Assembly: GCA_002169615.1 (NCBI GenBank)
Contig: NHKA01000030.1
Span: forward strand, 5,240 to 48,676
DNA length: 43,437 bases
Direction of reading: 5' to 3'
Source: Cyanobacteria bacterium TMED229
GTDB lineage: Bacteria > Cyanobacteriota > Cyanobacteriia > PCC-6307 > Cyanobiaceae
Positions within the stretch are counted from its first letter, which is position 1, and the number at the start of each line of letters is the position of its first letter. The notes below the pieces were generated by a model, which saw only the letters and a program-made list of their open reading frames with translations, ran no database searches and had not been told where the DNA came from. Shown piece after piece: positions 9,866 through 19,215 of the stretch. A program made the translations under genes and the position numbers.

Positions 9866-11047
9866 ATGACCAGCTCGGCCGCCGTGATCGGAGTTGTGGG
9901 AGGTGGACAGCTGGCACGCATGCTGGTGCAGGCCGCCTCGAAGCGAGAAATACCCGTCGTCGTTCAAACGCCGTCGGTTGATGATCCAGCATCGGACGGT
10001 GCCACCCGTGTTGTCTCTGCTGATCCGCGTGATGTGGCGGGGACGCGGCGCTTGGTTGAGGGGTGCCGTGGCATCACCTTTGAAAACGAATGGGTCAACA
10101 TCGACGCCCTGATTCCTCTCGAGCAGCAGGGCATCCGCTTCAGACCTGCCCTGGCGGCCCTTGCTCCACTGGTCGACAAGATCTCTCAGCGTCAATTGTT
10201 GGAGGATCTCAACCTTCCCTGCCCGCCCTGGACGCCACTCAGTCGCATTTCACCTTCACAACCTGCACTGCCGAAGGGCTGGACCTTCCCCGTGATGGCC
10301 AAAGCGTCACGGGGCGGATACGACGGGAAAGGAACACTCGTGCTCAGTTCGGTCGATGAACTGGCTCAGTTGATCCGCTGCGAGAACCCGTCGGAGTGGC
10401 TGCTGGAAGCCTGGGTCCACTACGACCGAGAGCTGGCCCTGGTGGTCAGTCGCGACATCAAGGGGAGAGTGCGCAGCTTTCCCTTGGTGGAAACCCATCA
10501 GAGTCGCCAGGTCTGCGACTGGGTTCTGGCACCGGCGTTGGTGGAGCAGTCGGTTGATGCGCTCGCCTACAACATGGCGGCTTCTCTGCTGACCAAACTC
10601 AACTACGTCGGGGTGATGGCGCTTGAGTTTTTTCATGGTCCAGATGGGCTTCAGGTGAATGAAATTGCGCCACGAACCCACAACTCCGGACATTTCTCCA
10701 TCGATGCCTGCAGTAGCAGTCAGTTCGACCAGCAGCTCTGCATTGTTGCCGGGTTGCCCGTTCCCACCCCGCAGCTCACCTGTGATGGAGCGCTGATGGT
10801 GAACCTCCTCGGTCTTCCCCCTGGAGGTCATGTCGCACCGTTGGATGAACGACTCAATCGTCTGCGTGAACGCCCCGACAGCCACTTCCACTGGTATGGA
10901 AAAACTCCAGAAACCCCCGGCCGCAAGATGGGCCACATCACCGTGCTGCTGCGGGGAGCAGATGCCGCATCCCGCCGCGAGGAAGCGCTGAGAGCCAGAG
11001 ATGACATCCGTCGCGTCTGGCCGGTCTGTCTCGATTGCAACGACTAA
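9866..11047 (+). CDS. purK: N5-carboxyaminoimidazole ribonucleotide synthase
   Basis: Motifs GGGQLARM, ITFENE, GGYDGKG, NEIAPRTHNSGH, WYGK and GRKMGH. Confidence 0.97.
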   Translation: MTSSAAVIGVVGGGQLARMLVQAASKREIPVVVQTPSVDDPASDGATRVVSADPRDVAGTRRLVEGCRGITFENEWVNIDALIPLEQQGIRFRPALAALAPLVDKISQRQLLEDLNLPCPPWTPLSRISPSQPALPKGWTFPVMAKASRGGYDGKGTLVLSSVDELAQLIRCENPSEWLLEAWVHYDRELALVVSRDIKGRVRSFPLVETHQSRQVCDWVLAPALVEQSVDALAYNMAASLLTKLNYVGVMALEFFHGPDGLQVNEIAPRTHNSGHFSIDACSSSQFDQQLCIVAGLPVPTPQLTCDGALMVNLLGLPPGGHVAPLDERLNRLRERPDSHFHWYGKTPETPGRKMGHITVLLRGADAASRREEALRARDDIRRVWPVCLDCND

Positions 11048-11058
11048 AGTGGCTTCGG

Positions 11059-11230
11059 ACTGCCGTGTTGGTGACGGCCTTTTCTAGTGCTCTGATCTGA
11101 CTCTTTCTCGACTTGGGGAGGCTGTCGTGACGGCGCCGTAGGCCGGCCCAGCAGCCGGAAACGAAACCCCACTTTGACTCCCCTTCTGGTTCTTCCAGGT
11201 CGACCACTGGGGCGCGCACGGCACGGCGGT
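11059..11230 (+). ncRNA. ssrS: 6S RNA
   Basis: About 170-nt element directly downstream of purK, the known position in marine picocyanobacteria. The 5' end ACTGCCGTG (11059-11067) pairs with the 3' end CACGGCGGT (11222-11230), and internal GGGGAG pairs with CTCCCC to give a long rod. Ends are approximate. Confidence 0.85.
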
Positions 11231-11362
11231 TCACCCAATCGACAACAGAACGCCGATACCGCCTGGGTCCATCCGTGAAGCTTGCCCAGCATGGCGATTC
11301 AGGCGAGCACTCCGATTGCGCGGAGGCTTGGTGATAGACAAGATTCTTTGGTTTTTCCTGTT

Positions 11363-11593
11363 GTGTTGCTTCGGACGTCGGCAACCCTTCTGGCTCTCCT
11401 GGCTTTCAGCACCACCAAAACTTCAGCCTGCGAGATCACGTTTCTGCCCGATGATGCACAGGTCGCCTGTCGGGCCATCCTTCCGCAGTGCTTCACGCGC
11501 TCTGCTTGGGCTGAGCTCTGTCGAAGCAATCAAGATGTGATGGAAGGCCACCCGGATGCCTGTCGACAGGCCCTCGAGCCTCAGCCGCAGTGA
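11363..11593 (+). CDS. Small putative exported Cys-containing protein
   Basis: GTG at 11363. Hydrophobic N-terminus LLRTSATLLALLAFS and five Cys. Fills the intergenic gap. Confidence 0.55.
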   Translation: MLLRTSATLLALLAFSTTKTSACEITFLPDDAQVACRAILPQCFTRSAWAELCRSNQDVMEGHPDACRQALEPQPQ

Positions 11594-11628
11594 TCAGGGA
11601 CGGTGATCAAGGACGGTGATCAAGGACG
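11590..11628. repeat. 13-bp tandem repeat x3 (GTGATCA[G/A]GGACG)
   Basis: Copies at 11590-11602, 11603-11615 and 11616-11628. Confidence 0.9.
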
Positions 11629-11895
11629 GTGGCGATCCACAACACTCTGGAGTGCGCCACGCTCGAGTTCGGTCACCACAAAAACCTCCTGTGCGCTGCT
11701 CCCCTTGCGGGCAACCATTTTGAACCCACCTCGGATCGGCACGGAAACCCTGAGTTGCAGGGTTTGACAACGTCCTTTCACCTTCGAGATCACGGCAGGG
11801 GTAATCGTCTGGATCGCTGCTTCACGAGACAGCGATTTCAACCACGGGATTAACCCCTCCACGTAGGTGCTGTGTGTGATGACGACCCGTCCCAA
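11620..11895 (-). CDS. DUF2103 family protein
   Basis: TTG start. Sequence GRVVITHSTYVEGLIPWL...TITPAVI...GGFKMVARKGSSAQEVFVVT. Confidence 0.85.
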   Translation of the reverse strand: MGRVVITHSTYVEGLIPWLKSLSREAAIQTITPAVISKVKGRCQTLQLRVSVPIRGGFKMVARKGSSAQEVFVVTELERGALQSVVDRHRP

Positions 11896-11970
11896 ATCGG
11901 TATCAATTCGCCAGAACTGGTCGAAGTTAGCGGGTCTGGCTATGCCGAAGAGAGCACCGTTCCCTGGCCG

Positions 11971-12198
11971 ATGCTTTGCTCCGTTGATGCATTGCAACAG
12001 GCCGTCTCCGGCCCCTTGGAGGATCGCTGTGGTCCTGAAGCAAGAACACTGACAGTGGAAGTGCACGGAGCTGAAGTCCGTGGGCTTGCCATCTGCCCAG
12101 GACGCGTCATGCGTTATTTCTTTGATTCACGAAAGAAACGTTTTCGCACCACCGATCTTCTGCGGCTGATGACGGCGAAACGCAAACCGGCCGCCTGA
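11971..12198 (+). CDS. Small hypothetical protein with a basic C-terminus
   Basis: 75-aa ORF from ATG 11971, divergent from DUF2103. Its stop abuts the clpS stop. Confidence 0.55.
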   Translation: MLCSVDALQQAVSGPLEDRCGPEARTLTVEVHGAEVRGLAICPGRVMRYFFDSRKKRFRTTDLLRLMTAKRKPAA

Positions 12199-12495
12199 TC
12201 AGCAACGCTCCAATGGAGCCATGGTCAGTCCTTCAGCGGAAAGCTGCTGGTGATAAAGCTCCGCTTGTTCCAGCGGCCCGCACCAAACTTCAGCTGAACC
12301 CTGGCTGTCAACTCGATTGGCGAGATCCCAGGCTTTGTCTTCACTCATCCCAGGAATAATGCGTCGCAAACAGTCAACGACGTGTTGGAACGTGTTGACG
12401 TCATCGTCGAGAACGATCACTCGCGCCTGTGGATAGCGCTGTGTGACGTTTTGCCGCTCCAGCAGTGAGGTGGATCCAGGGCTGGAGCTGGTCAT
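12199..12495 (-). CDS. clpS: ATP-dependent Clp protease adaptor ClpS
   Basis: Motifs VIVLDDDVNTFQHVVDCL, GSAEVWCG and EQAELYHQQL. Confidence 0.93.
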   Translation of the reverse strand: MTSSSPGSTSLLERQNVTQRYPQARVIVLDDDVNTFQHVVDCLRRIIPGMSEDKAWDLANRVDSQGSAEVWCGPLEQAELYHQQLSAEGLTMAPLERC

Positions 12496-12566
12496 GACGG
12501 TTGCAGAAGCTGTGCTGAAGAGTTCAGGACCCTAGGTAGGATCTTTGCATTCGAGCGGTCAAGCAC

Positions 12567-12668
12567 ATGTTGTTCACTCTCGCCTGGGCTGCACTGGCCG
12601 CGACATTTAGCTTCTCGATCGCCATGGTCGTATGGGGTCGCAACGGCGACGGAACGCTGAACTTCTGA
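12567..12668 (+). CDS. petN: Cytochrome b6f subunit PetN (33 aa, absent from the ORF track)
   Basis: Hand translation [33 protein letters not shown], with the diagnostic VVWGRNG. Confidence 0.96.
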   Translation: MLFTLAWAALAATFSFSIAMVVWGRNGDGTLNF

Positions 12669-12672
12669 TCCC

Positions 12673-12825
12673 TTGCCAGCCACCGAGCCGAATCTTCTGT
12701 CGCAGCTTCTCGCCTTGTCGGCTGTGGTTCTCTTGGTCTTCGTCAGTACGTCTGTTATCTACCTTTCCGCAGTTGACTGGAAAGACCGTCGCCGACGCAC
12801 GGCACCCACGCGATCGAAGAGGTGA
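12673..12825 (+). CDS. 50-aa single-TM small protein (absent from the ORF track)
   Basis: TTG 4 nt after the petN stop. Translation MPATEPNLLSQLLALSAVVLLVFVSTSVIYLSAVDWKDRRRRTAPTRSKR. Its stop overlaps the next start (GTGA). Confidence 0.65.
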   Translation: MPATEPNLLSQLLALSAVVLLVFVSTSVIYLSAVDWKDRRRRTAPTRSKR

Positions 12826-14267
12826 ACCGGCGGCTCTCCAACCGATTGAAAGGGTTGAGATCGCACCCGTTGACCACAACGGGGCTTTGTCTTCTTTTGA
12901 TTGGTCCGGCAGGACTGTTGATCAGTTCTTGGCCTCGCTTGCGTCCTGACGCCGCGGGTGATCCATCCGGACAACGCGAGCTTCTGCAGATCAGCGACAG
13001 CCTGTCCATGCTGCAGAGTTTTCGGGTTGACGCTGAGACCAAGCCCCCATCCCTTTGGAAGACTCGCCTCGGGAACGAGACCGCCCGGCTCCTCTGGGAA
13101 CGTCTGAACGGCCAGATTTGGTGGCAAGGATGGCCGCAGGATGGAGCTCCGGTTCTGATGTTGCCGGACTGGAGCACGCGGCCTGGAGATCCGATTGCTC
13201 TGACTCCGGAATCACGGGCGATGAGCCAACGGCATGGCGGGATGGTTCTGCTGTTCAGCGATGCCCTCAACCGTCAGACATTTCAACAACGGTTCCGAGC
13301 CCCTGCCATCACCGCTCCGGCGGTTGAACAGTTCTGTTTCAAGCAGTTGCGCAGCACCACAGCTGTGCACTGGACTCCGGATGCACTTGCCTCCCTTTCA
13401 GGGGCGATACAGCCACTTCTCGCGTCAGCATCCCACGGCTGTGTTTCCTTGAACTTGAGTGGTCGCAAGCTGACTTGGAGTGGAGTTGTTTCGTCTCGAC
13501 CGCTGCGCAGCGCATCAAACCGACTGAAGCCACCAAACCCGATCAACATCGCTCGTCTGTTCCCAGACGCTCAAGATCCTGGGGATGGTTCTTCATCTCC
13601 CTTGCTGTTTCTTTCAGGCCGGACGGCAAGCACAGTGTTTGATTCTCTTTTGCGTCGTCCTCTTATCCGAGACGGCCTTGAGGACAATTACGGTCTGAAC
13701 ACGCCCTTGATTCAAGAGCTGCTCAACTCACCAATGACCTTGTCGTTGTTGTCCAGCAAGAGTGGTTCCTTTCAGGCCAGTGTTCAGTTGGATTTGCAGG
13801 TCGACGGGATGACAACCTCGCTGACCAAGGCACTCGAGAACATCAGCGAACGCCTTCAACAGTCCGATCTCCAGTGGCGAGATCAGGATCTGATCAATCC
13901 GGGTGGACGATCCACCACACCTGCTCGCGTTTGGTTTCTGCAGGACGAGGACGGCCAGCAGCGGGTGCTGGGCGGTTGGAGTGTGTTGCCTGCTGATCCT
14001 GCACTCCGCAACAAGCCTCTACTCCGCTTCAGCATCGCCGCGGCGCCAACAAACAATCGCTCCAGTGGAAGACCGGTGCCCGACACAGGGATGCTTCAGG
14101 CCACCCTGCGGCCTTCCGCAATGAACGAACTGGGTCTGTTGCACAGCGGATGGCCATCACCGGTGCGCTCCTCCCGCAAGCTTGATCTGGTTGTGCGCTC
14201 TTTGAAAGGTGCTGCGATCAGCCTCGAGGACTGGCGCTGGATGGATGGTCAGCTGCTGCTTCCCTGA
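12822..14267 (+). CDS. Hypothetical membrane-anchored protein
   Basis: 481-aa ORF with an N-terminal TM segment and no recognisable motif. Confidence 0.7.
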   Translation: MNRRLSNRLKGLRSHPLTTTGLCLLLIGPAGLLISSWPRLRPDAAGDPSGQRELLQISDSLSMLQSFRVDAETKPPSLWKTRLGNETARLLWERLNGQIWWQGWPQDGAPVLMLPDWSTRPGDPIALTPESRAMSQRHGGMVLLFSDALNRQTFQQRFRAPAITAPAVEQFCFKQLRSTTAVHWTPDALASLSGAIQPLLASASHGCVSLNLSGRKLTWSGVVSSRPLRSASNRLKPPNPINIARLFPDAQDPGDGSSSPLLFLSGRTASTVFDSLLRRPLIRDGLEDNYGLNTPLIQELLNSPMTLSLLSSKSGSFQASVQLDLQVDGMTTSLTKALENISERLQQSDLQWRDQDLINPGGRSTTPARVWFLQDEDGQQRVLGGWSVLPADPALRNKPLLRFSIAAAPTNNRSSGRPVPDTGMLQATLRPSAMNELGLLHSGWPSPVRSSRKLDLVVRSLKGAAISLEDWRWMDGQLLLP

Positions 14268-14899
14268 GCCATTTCCTCCTGGCGTCGTTCCCGCTTGCGT
14301 CGCTCACTGGCCAGTGTTTCCTCCATCAGTTCAACGGCCTGGTTCATCCGTTCACGGCTGGAGAGAAACAGGCTGATGTCCTTCTCCACCCGCGTCGACG
14401 TGAAGTTCAACGCCTCCGCCATTTCTGTTGCGCGGGCCCGGGCATCGATCTCCTTGTCGGCACCCTGACTCTTCGAAGCGACCTCTTCGATCACGGCAAG
14501 AAGGCCGATGGCCATCAAGCGTGAGTAATGGTCCCCCTCGGACAACCGGAATTCAGGAAGCCACTGGGCAAGGCCATCCAGATCCTGGCTCTTGGCTTGT
14601 TCAAGCGTTGCGTTCGATTGATGTCTGAGATCTTCTGCGTTGAACCCATTGCTGCTGCAGAGAGCGCTGAACATCAGCTCCGGATGCTCCTCCGGGCGGT
14701 AACCACTCGTGAATGCTGAGAAGACGGTTCGAAGCCCTATTGCAAACAGTGGTGTCGACCGAAACTGTTGCTGATGACTGAGCAGGTGCAGCTCAACCAG
14801 CAACTCGTCAGCGATTCTGCGGTACAGAGGGGCGATGACATAAGGGAACTGCTGATGAAATGCACGTTTGCTGTCAGCAATGGTCTGCTGGTCGCCCAA
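14249..14899 (-). CDS. psb29: Photosystem II biogenesis protein Psb29/Thf1
   Basis: Motifs TIADSKRAF, YRRIADELLVELHLL, GYRPEEH and YSRLMAIGL. Confidence 0.93.
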   Translation of the reverse strand: MGDQQTIADSKRAFHQQFPYVIAPLYRRIADELLVELHLLSHQQQFRSTPLFAIGLRTVFSAFTSGYRPEEHPELMFSALCSSNGFNAEDLRHQSNATLEQAKSQDLDGLAQWLPEFRLSEGDHYSRLMAIGLLAVIEEVASKSQGADKEIDARARATEMAEALNFTSTRVEKDISLFLSSRERMNQAVELMEETLASERRKRERRQEEMAQGSSS

Positions 14900-14980
14900 G
14901 TCTGATCACTCAATCAATGTGGGAGACCTTAGCGCCAGAGACGCCGCCGTTAGGATGGATGTAGTGGTGAATTGAGTCCG

Positions 14981-15574
14981 ATGATCCCAATTGTGATCGA
15001 AGAGTCCGGACGAGGTGAAAGAGCGTTTGACATCTATTCACGACTGCTGCGTGAACGGATCATTTTTCTTGGAGAAGCAGTCACCAGCGACTCAGCAAAT
15101 CGAATCGTTGCTCAGATGTTGTTTCTTGAGGCGGAAGATCCAGAAAAAGATATTTATCTGTATGTCAACTCACCCGGAGGTTCCGTTTACGATGGTCTTG
15201 GGATTTTCGACACAATGCAGCACATCAAGCCAGATGTGCACACAGTTTGTGTTGGCTTAGCAGCCAGTATGGGTGCTTTTCTTCTTTGTGCAGGAACAAA
15301 AGGCAAGCGAAGCAGCCTTCAGCATTCGCGCATCATGATTCACCAACCTCTTGGGGGTGCTCGGGGTCAAGCCAGCGACATCAGAATCCAGGCGGATGAA
15401 ATTCTTTTCCTCAAGGATCGGTTGAATCAGGAGCTTGCTGAACGAACAGGCCAGCCCCTGGATCGCATTCAACAGGACACGGATCGTGACTTCTTCATGT
15501 CGCCTACAGAGGCCGTGAATTATGGCTTGATCGATCTCGTTATCGATAAGAGGCCTGTTCACTCAGTCTCTTGA
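14981..15574 (+). CDS. clpP: ATP-dependent Clp protease proteolytic subunit
   Basis: Motifs [51 protein letters not shown] and DRDFFM. Confidence 0.97.
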   Translation: MIPIVIEESGRGERAFDIYSRLLRERIIFLGEAVTSDSANRIVAQMLFLEAEDPEKDIYLYVNSPGGSVYDGLGIFDTMQHIKPDVHTVCVGLAASMGAFLLCAGTKGKRSSLQHSRIMIHQPLGGARGQASDIRIQADEILFLKDRLNQELAERTGQPLDRIQQDTDRDFFMSPTEAVNYGLIDLVIDKRPVHSVS

Positions 15575-15584
15575 AATCTGGATT

Positions 15585-15613
15585 GCCCACGAAAGAATGT
15601 CCCGTTTGTGGGC
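15585..15613. terminator. Possible stem-loop between convergent clpP and the downstream gene
   Basis: Inverted repeat GCCCAC...GTGGGC about 10 nt after the clpP stop, with a weak U-tract. Confidence 0.35.
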
Positions 15614-15716
15614 GAAATTTCCAATGGAGAAAGGCGTGGCGGAATTGTTGGGATGAAGTTGTTTACTGTTCAGAACGTTGTCGACGTCGAAAATATCAAA
15701 AAATCAGCTCGTCGAA

Positions 15717-15947
15717 TTAATCAAGTAAGTCGTTTTTGCTTAGCTTGAGAGTTTTCCAGAGAGTTTTAATTTGATCAAAAGCTTCTTCCTGCGTCACCTT
15801 ACCGTTGGATTGAAGCCCTACAAGTAAACCAACTCGATCTGCAAATTCTTCTAAGTTCTGGTGGAAGGCTACTCTCTGTGGACTCCAATCAGGACCATGA
15901 AAACGGCTGTGGCCCTGCATGGGTGATCGAGGCCCATCGGCTGTCAT
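15717..15947 (-). CDS. Conserved cyanobacterial hypothetical protein
   Basis: Pattern [23 protein letters not shown]...[14 protein letters not shown], typical of a small cyanobacterial family. Confidence 0.75.
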   Translation of the reverse strand: MTADGPRSPMQGHSRFHGPDWSPQRVAFHQNLEEFADRVGLLVGLQSNGKVTQEEAFDQIKTLWKTLKLSKNDLLD

Positions 15948-15952
15948 CGTCC

Positions 15953-15995
15953 AAAAAAAACCACCTCAACCAACTTACGTAGGCTGAGGTGGTTT
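15953..15995 (-). terminator. Rho-independent terminator of ftsH
   Basis: Stem AAACCACCTCA/TGAGGTGGTTT followed on the minus strand by an 8-T run, 15 nt after the ftsH stop. Confidence 0.8.
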
Positions 15996-16010
15996 GTCTG
16001 TAAAGAGGAT

Positions 16011-17924
16011 TCAGTTCAGGACGGGTGTTGTTCGATCCTTATCTGGAATGTTTGCAAACTCAGAGAGCACCAATCTGAATTCGTCACCGTCCATCGTTTC
16101 CTTCTCAATCAGTGTTTCCACAAGCTGATCCATCGCATCTCGATGTTCAGCAACGATGGCAACCGTCTCCTTGTAGCAGTGCTTCACCATTGTTCTGACC
16201 TGTTCGTCAATCTGACGCGCAATCGAATCGGAAACATCGCTTCTCGTCATCAGATCCCGACCCAAGAAGACCTCTTGATTACCGCCCTCTAAAGACACAG
16301 GTCCCAGATCGCTCATCCCGAAACGCGTCACCATTTGGCGCGCCATGGACGCCACCTGTTGAATGTCTCCCCCGGCACCAGTCGTCACCTCTTGGTGGCC
16401 GAACACAACGTCTTCGGCAGCGCGACCTCCCAGAGCTCCCATGATTCGAGCCTTGAGTTGGGAGCGGGTGATCAGGGATTGCTCTTCATCAGGAGAGAAC
16501 CAAGTCAGGCCCTGGGCTTGCCCCCTTGGAATGAGGGTGACCTTTTGCACTGGATCGTGATCCTTGACCAGTGAACCAATCAGAGCGTGACCGACTTCGT
16601 GATAAGCGATCAATCGCTTGCTTCGACCATCGGTGAGGGGGCGGCCTTCCATGCCGGCGATGATCCGATCGACGGCATCGTCGATTTCACTGAGACCGAT
16701 CGCATCCTTGCGGCGGCGTGCCGTGAGGATGGCAGCCTCATTCATCAGGTTGGCTAGATCTGCTCCGGTGAATCCCGGTGTGCGACGGGCAATGCTCTCC
16801 AATGACAGATCACCTTCAAGCTTTTTATTTCTGCAATGGACTTCCAGAATCGACAGGCGACCTTTGATATCCGGGGCATCGACGGTGACTTGACGATCGA
16901 AACGACCAGGACGCATCAAGGCTGAATCAAGAACATCCGGACGATTGGTTGCAGCAATAATGATGATTCCACTATTGCCTTCAAAACCGTCCATCTCAGT
17001 GAGCAGCTGATTCAGAGTCTGCTCCCGTTCATCATTACCCCCGCCGATTCCAGCCCCACGTTGGCGACCAACAGCATCGATCTCATCAATAAAGATCAAA
17101 CAAGGACTGTTTTCTTTGGCTTTTTTGAAGAGGTCGCGAACTCGGCTTGCACCGACTCCGACGAACATTTCTACGAATTCTGAACCAGACAGAGAAAAGA
17201 AGGGAACGCCTGCTTCTCCAGCAATGGCTTTGGCCAACAACGTTTTTCCTGTGCCGGGAGGGCCAACCAGAAGCAATCCACGGGGAATCTGTGCACCGAC
17301 AGACGTGAACCGCTCAGGTTGCTTGAGGAAGGTAACCACCTCCTCAAGTTCCTGCTTGGCTTCGGTGACACCAGCGACATCATCGAATTTGACGCCAGTT
17401 TCAGCTTCCATCATGAAACGGGCTTTGCTTTTGCCGAATTGCATTGCTTGACCCGGTCCACCTGGCATGCCGCTGTTGCGTCTGGCCAGGAAAATCAGTG
17501 AACCGATCAGCAGCAGCGGGAAGAGCAGATTGCCCAGCAAACCAAGCGCTGGTGGTGCTGAACGGGGCGGATGAATGTCGAAACTGATGCCCTCATTCTT
17601 GAGCGTATTGATTAATTCAGGAGCCAGACCTGGCAGGTCGACACGCAGACGTTGGACACGGTTGTCGAGATCGGGATCAACCGCTTCAACAACAGCGTTG
17701 CGGCCGCCGTCATAGATATCAACAGCGGTGACACGACCGGCTTCCACGTAGTCCAGGAATCTGCCGTAACTCATGCGGGCGACGGCTGAGTTGTTCGGCG
17801 CAACCGTTGGACCGTTTGCGCCGATGCGATTTAGTCCCCCACTGCTCAGGACTTGCCAGGCGATCAGCAGCACCACCCCGATCGGCAGGAGCCAGAGGGC
17901 TATGAGGCGCCAGCGCTGATTCAT
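16011..17924 (-). CDS. ftsH: ATP-dependent zinc metalloprotease FtsH (FtsH2-type)
   Basis: [10 protein letters not shown], Walker [27 protein letters not shown] and HEVGH. Confidence 0.97.
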   Translation of the reverse strand: MNQRWRLIALWLLPIGVVLLIAWQVLSSGGLNRIGANGPTVAPNNSAVARMSYGRFLDYVEAGRVTAVDIYDGGRNAVVEAVDPDLDNRVQRLRVDLPGLAPELINTLKNEGISFDIHPPRSAPPALGLLGNLLFPLLLIGSLIFLARRNSGMPGGPGQAMQFGKSKARFMMEAETGVKFDDVAGVTEAKQELEEVVTFLKQPERFTSVGAQIPRGLLLVGPPGTGKTLLAKAIAGEAGVPFFSLSGSEFVEMFVGVGASRVRDLFKKAKENSPCLIFIDEIDAVGRQRGAGIGGGNDEREQTLNQLLTEMDGFEGNSGIIIIAATNRPDVLDSALMRPGRFDRQVTVDAPDIKGRLSILEVHCRNKKLEGDLSLESIARRTPGFTGADLANLMNEAAILTARRRKDAIGLSEIDDAVDRIIAGMEGRPLTDGRSKRLIAYHEVGHALIGSLVKDHDPVQKVTLIPRGQAQGLTWFSPDEEQSLITRSQLKARIMGALGGRAAEDVVFGHQEVTTGAGGDIQQVASMARQMVTRFGMSDLGPVSLEGGNQEVFLGRDLMTRSDVSDSIARQIDEQVRTMVKHCYKETVAIVAEHRDAMDQLVETLIEKETMDGDEFRLVLSEFANIPDKDRTTPVLN

Positions 17925-17980
17925 GAATCTGAGAAATGATTAATGACTGTAAAGCAGTTGTTGCGTGAGTTGGGTCAGCT

Positions 17981-19210
17981 TCACAGGCTTCTCAACGCCA
18001 CGATCGGGTCGAGCTTGGCGGCGCGTCGGGCCGGCACCACGCCGAAGAACAAGCCGATCGAGCCCGACAGTCCGACGGTGACCAAAACCGTTGATGTACC
18101 AATGCTGGCCGGCAACGGTGTGACGGCGGCCACCAGTGCCACAGTTCCAAGCCCAACCCCGGTGCCGATCGCACCACCAAGAGTGGCCAACACCAGTGAT
18201 TCCACAAGGAATTGCAGGAGGACATCGTTGCTGCGTGCACCCAGAGCCTTTCTCAGGCCGATTTCCTCGGTCCGCTCGCTCACGGACACCAACATGATGT
18301 TCATGATCCCAATCCCCCCAACCAGCAGGGAGATTCCTCCGATCGCGGCCAGCATCAACGTGAGTCCACCAGTAATCGTGCCAACGATGCTGAGGGCATC
18401 CTTTTGAGATCGAACAGCAAAATCGTCATCCCGAAGAATGTTGTGGCGTTGCCGCAGCAAGTTGGTGATCTGGAATTTCGCTGCTCCCGTGCTGCGTTCG
18501 TCCTTTGCTTCCACACTGATGAAGCTCAGGCTGATCCCATAGGTGGGGTCGCGACCGGTGAGTCTGGTCACCATGGTCGAGAGGGGGATGTAGGTGTTTT
18601 CGTCCTGATTGCTGCCGAACACAGCTCCCTTCGGAGCCATGACACCGATCACTGAAAACGACTGATTGCCAACCCTCAGTGGTTGCCCGACAGCGGATCC
18701 AGTCGGGAAGAGTTTGGCTTCGAGGTCAGGACCGATCACCGCCACATTGCGTGCGGCTTTCAGATCCTCAGCATTGATGAATCGCCCCTGAGCGACATCG
18801 AAGCTGCGAACCGAGAGGAATTCAGGTGTGATGCCGGAGATGGAACTCGTGGCACTCCGCGCTCCGCTTTGAACCACCTGGCTGCTTGTGATCTGCGGGG
18901 CGACCTGCTTGACACTCGGGACCTGTTCAGCAATGGCTTCAGCGTCCTCAAGCACCAATGTTTTGGGAAAGGCAACACCGCGGCGACGCGTATCGTTGCT
19001 GCCCGGAACCACGAAAAGAACGTTGGCCCCGAGGTTGCTGAGCTGATCCTCTGCCAGTCCCTGGGCGCCGCGACCGACGCCGACCAGGGTGATCACAGAG
19101 GCATTGCCGATCACGATCCCCACCATCGTGAGCAGGCTGCGCAGACGATTGCTCCGCAGAGTGGCGAGGGCCATCCTCACCGTTTCCATCGGATGCATGC
19201 GTTGCGGCAT
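17981..19210 (-). CDS. ABC transporter permease, MacB/FtsX family
   Basis: Motifs RSLLTMVGIVIG, GGIGIMNIMLVSVSERTEEIGLRKALGA and PARRAAKLDPIVALR. Confidence 0.92.
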   Translation of the reverse strand: MPQRMHPMETVRMALATLRSNRLRSLLTMVGIVIGNASVITLVGVGRGAQGLAEDQLSNLGANVLFVVPGSNDTRRRGVAFPKTLVLEDAEAIAEQVPSVKQVAPQITSSQVVQSGARSATSSISGITPEFLSVRSFDVAQGRFINAEDLKAARNVAVIGPDLEAKLFPTGSAVGQPLRVGNQSFSVIGVMAPKGAVFGSNQDENTYIPLSTMVTRLTGRDPTYGISLSFISVEAKDERSTGAAKFQITNLLRQRHNILRDDDFAVRSQKDALSIVGTITGGLTLMLAAIGGISLLVGGIGIMNIMLVSVSERTEEIGLRKALGARSNDVLLQFLVESLVLATLGGAIGTGVGLGTVALVAAVTPLPASIGTSTVLVTVGLSGSIGLFFGVVPARRAAKLDPIVALRSL

Positions 19211-19215
19211 TGAAC

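Noticed and set aside
8906-10195. 429-aa minus-strand ORF
   Set aside because: Antisense shadow of the sugar permease and purK with no motifs, which is common in GC-rich DNA.
11590-11628. Tandem repeat as a mini-CRISPR array
   Set aside because: The 13-bp units are contiguous with no spacers.
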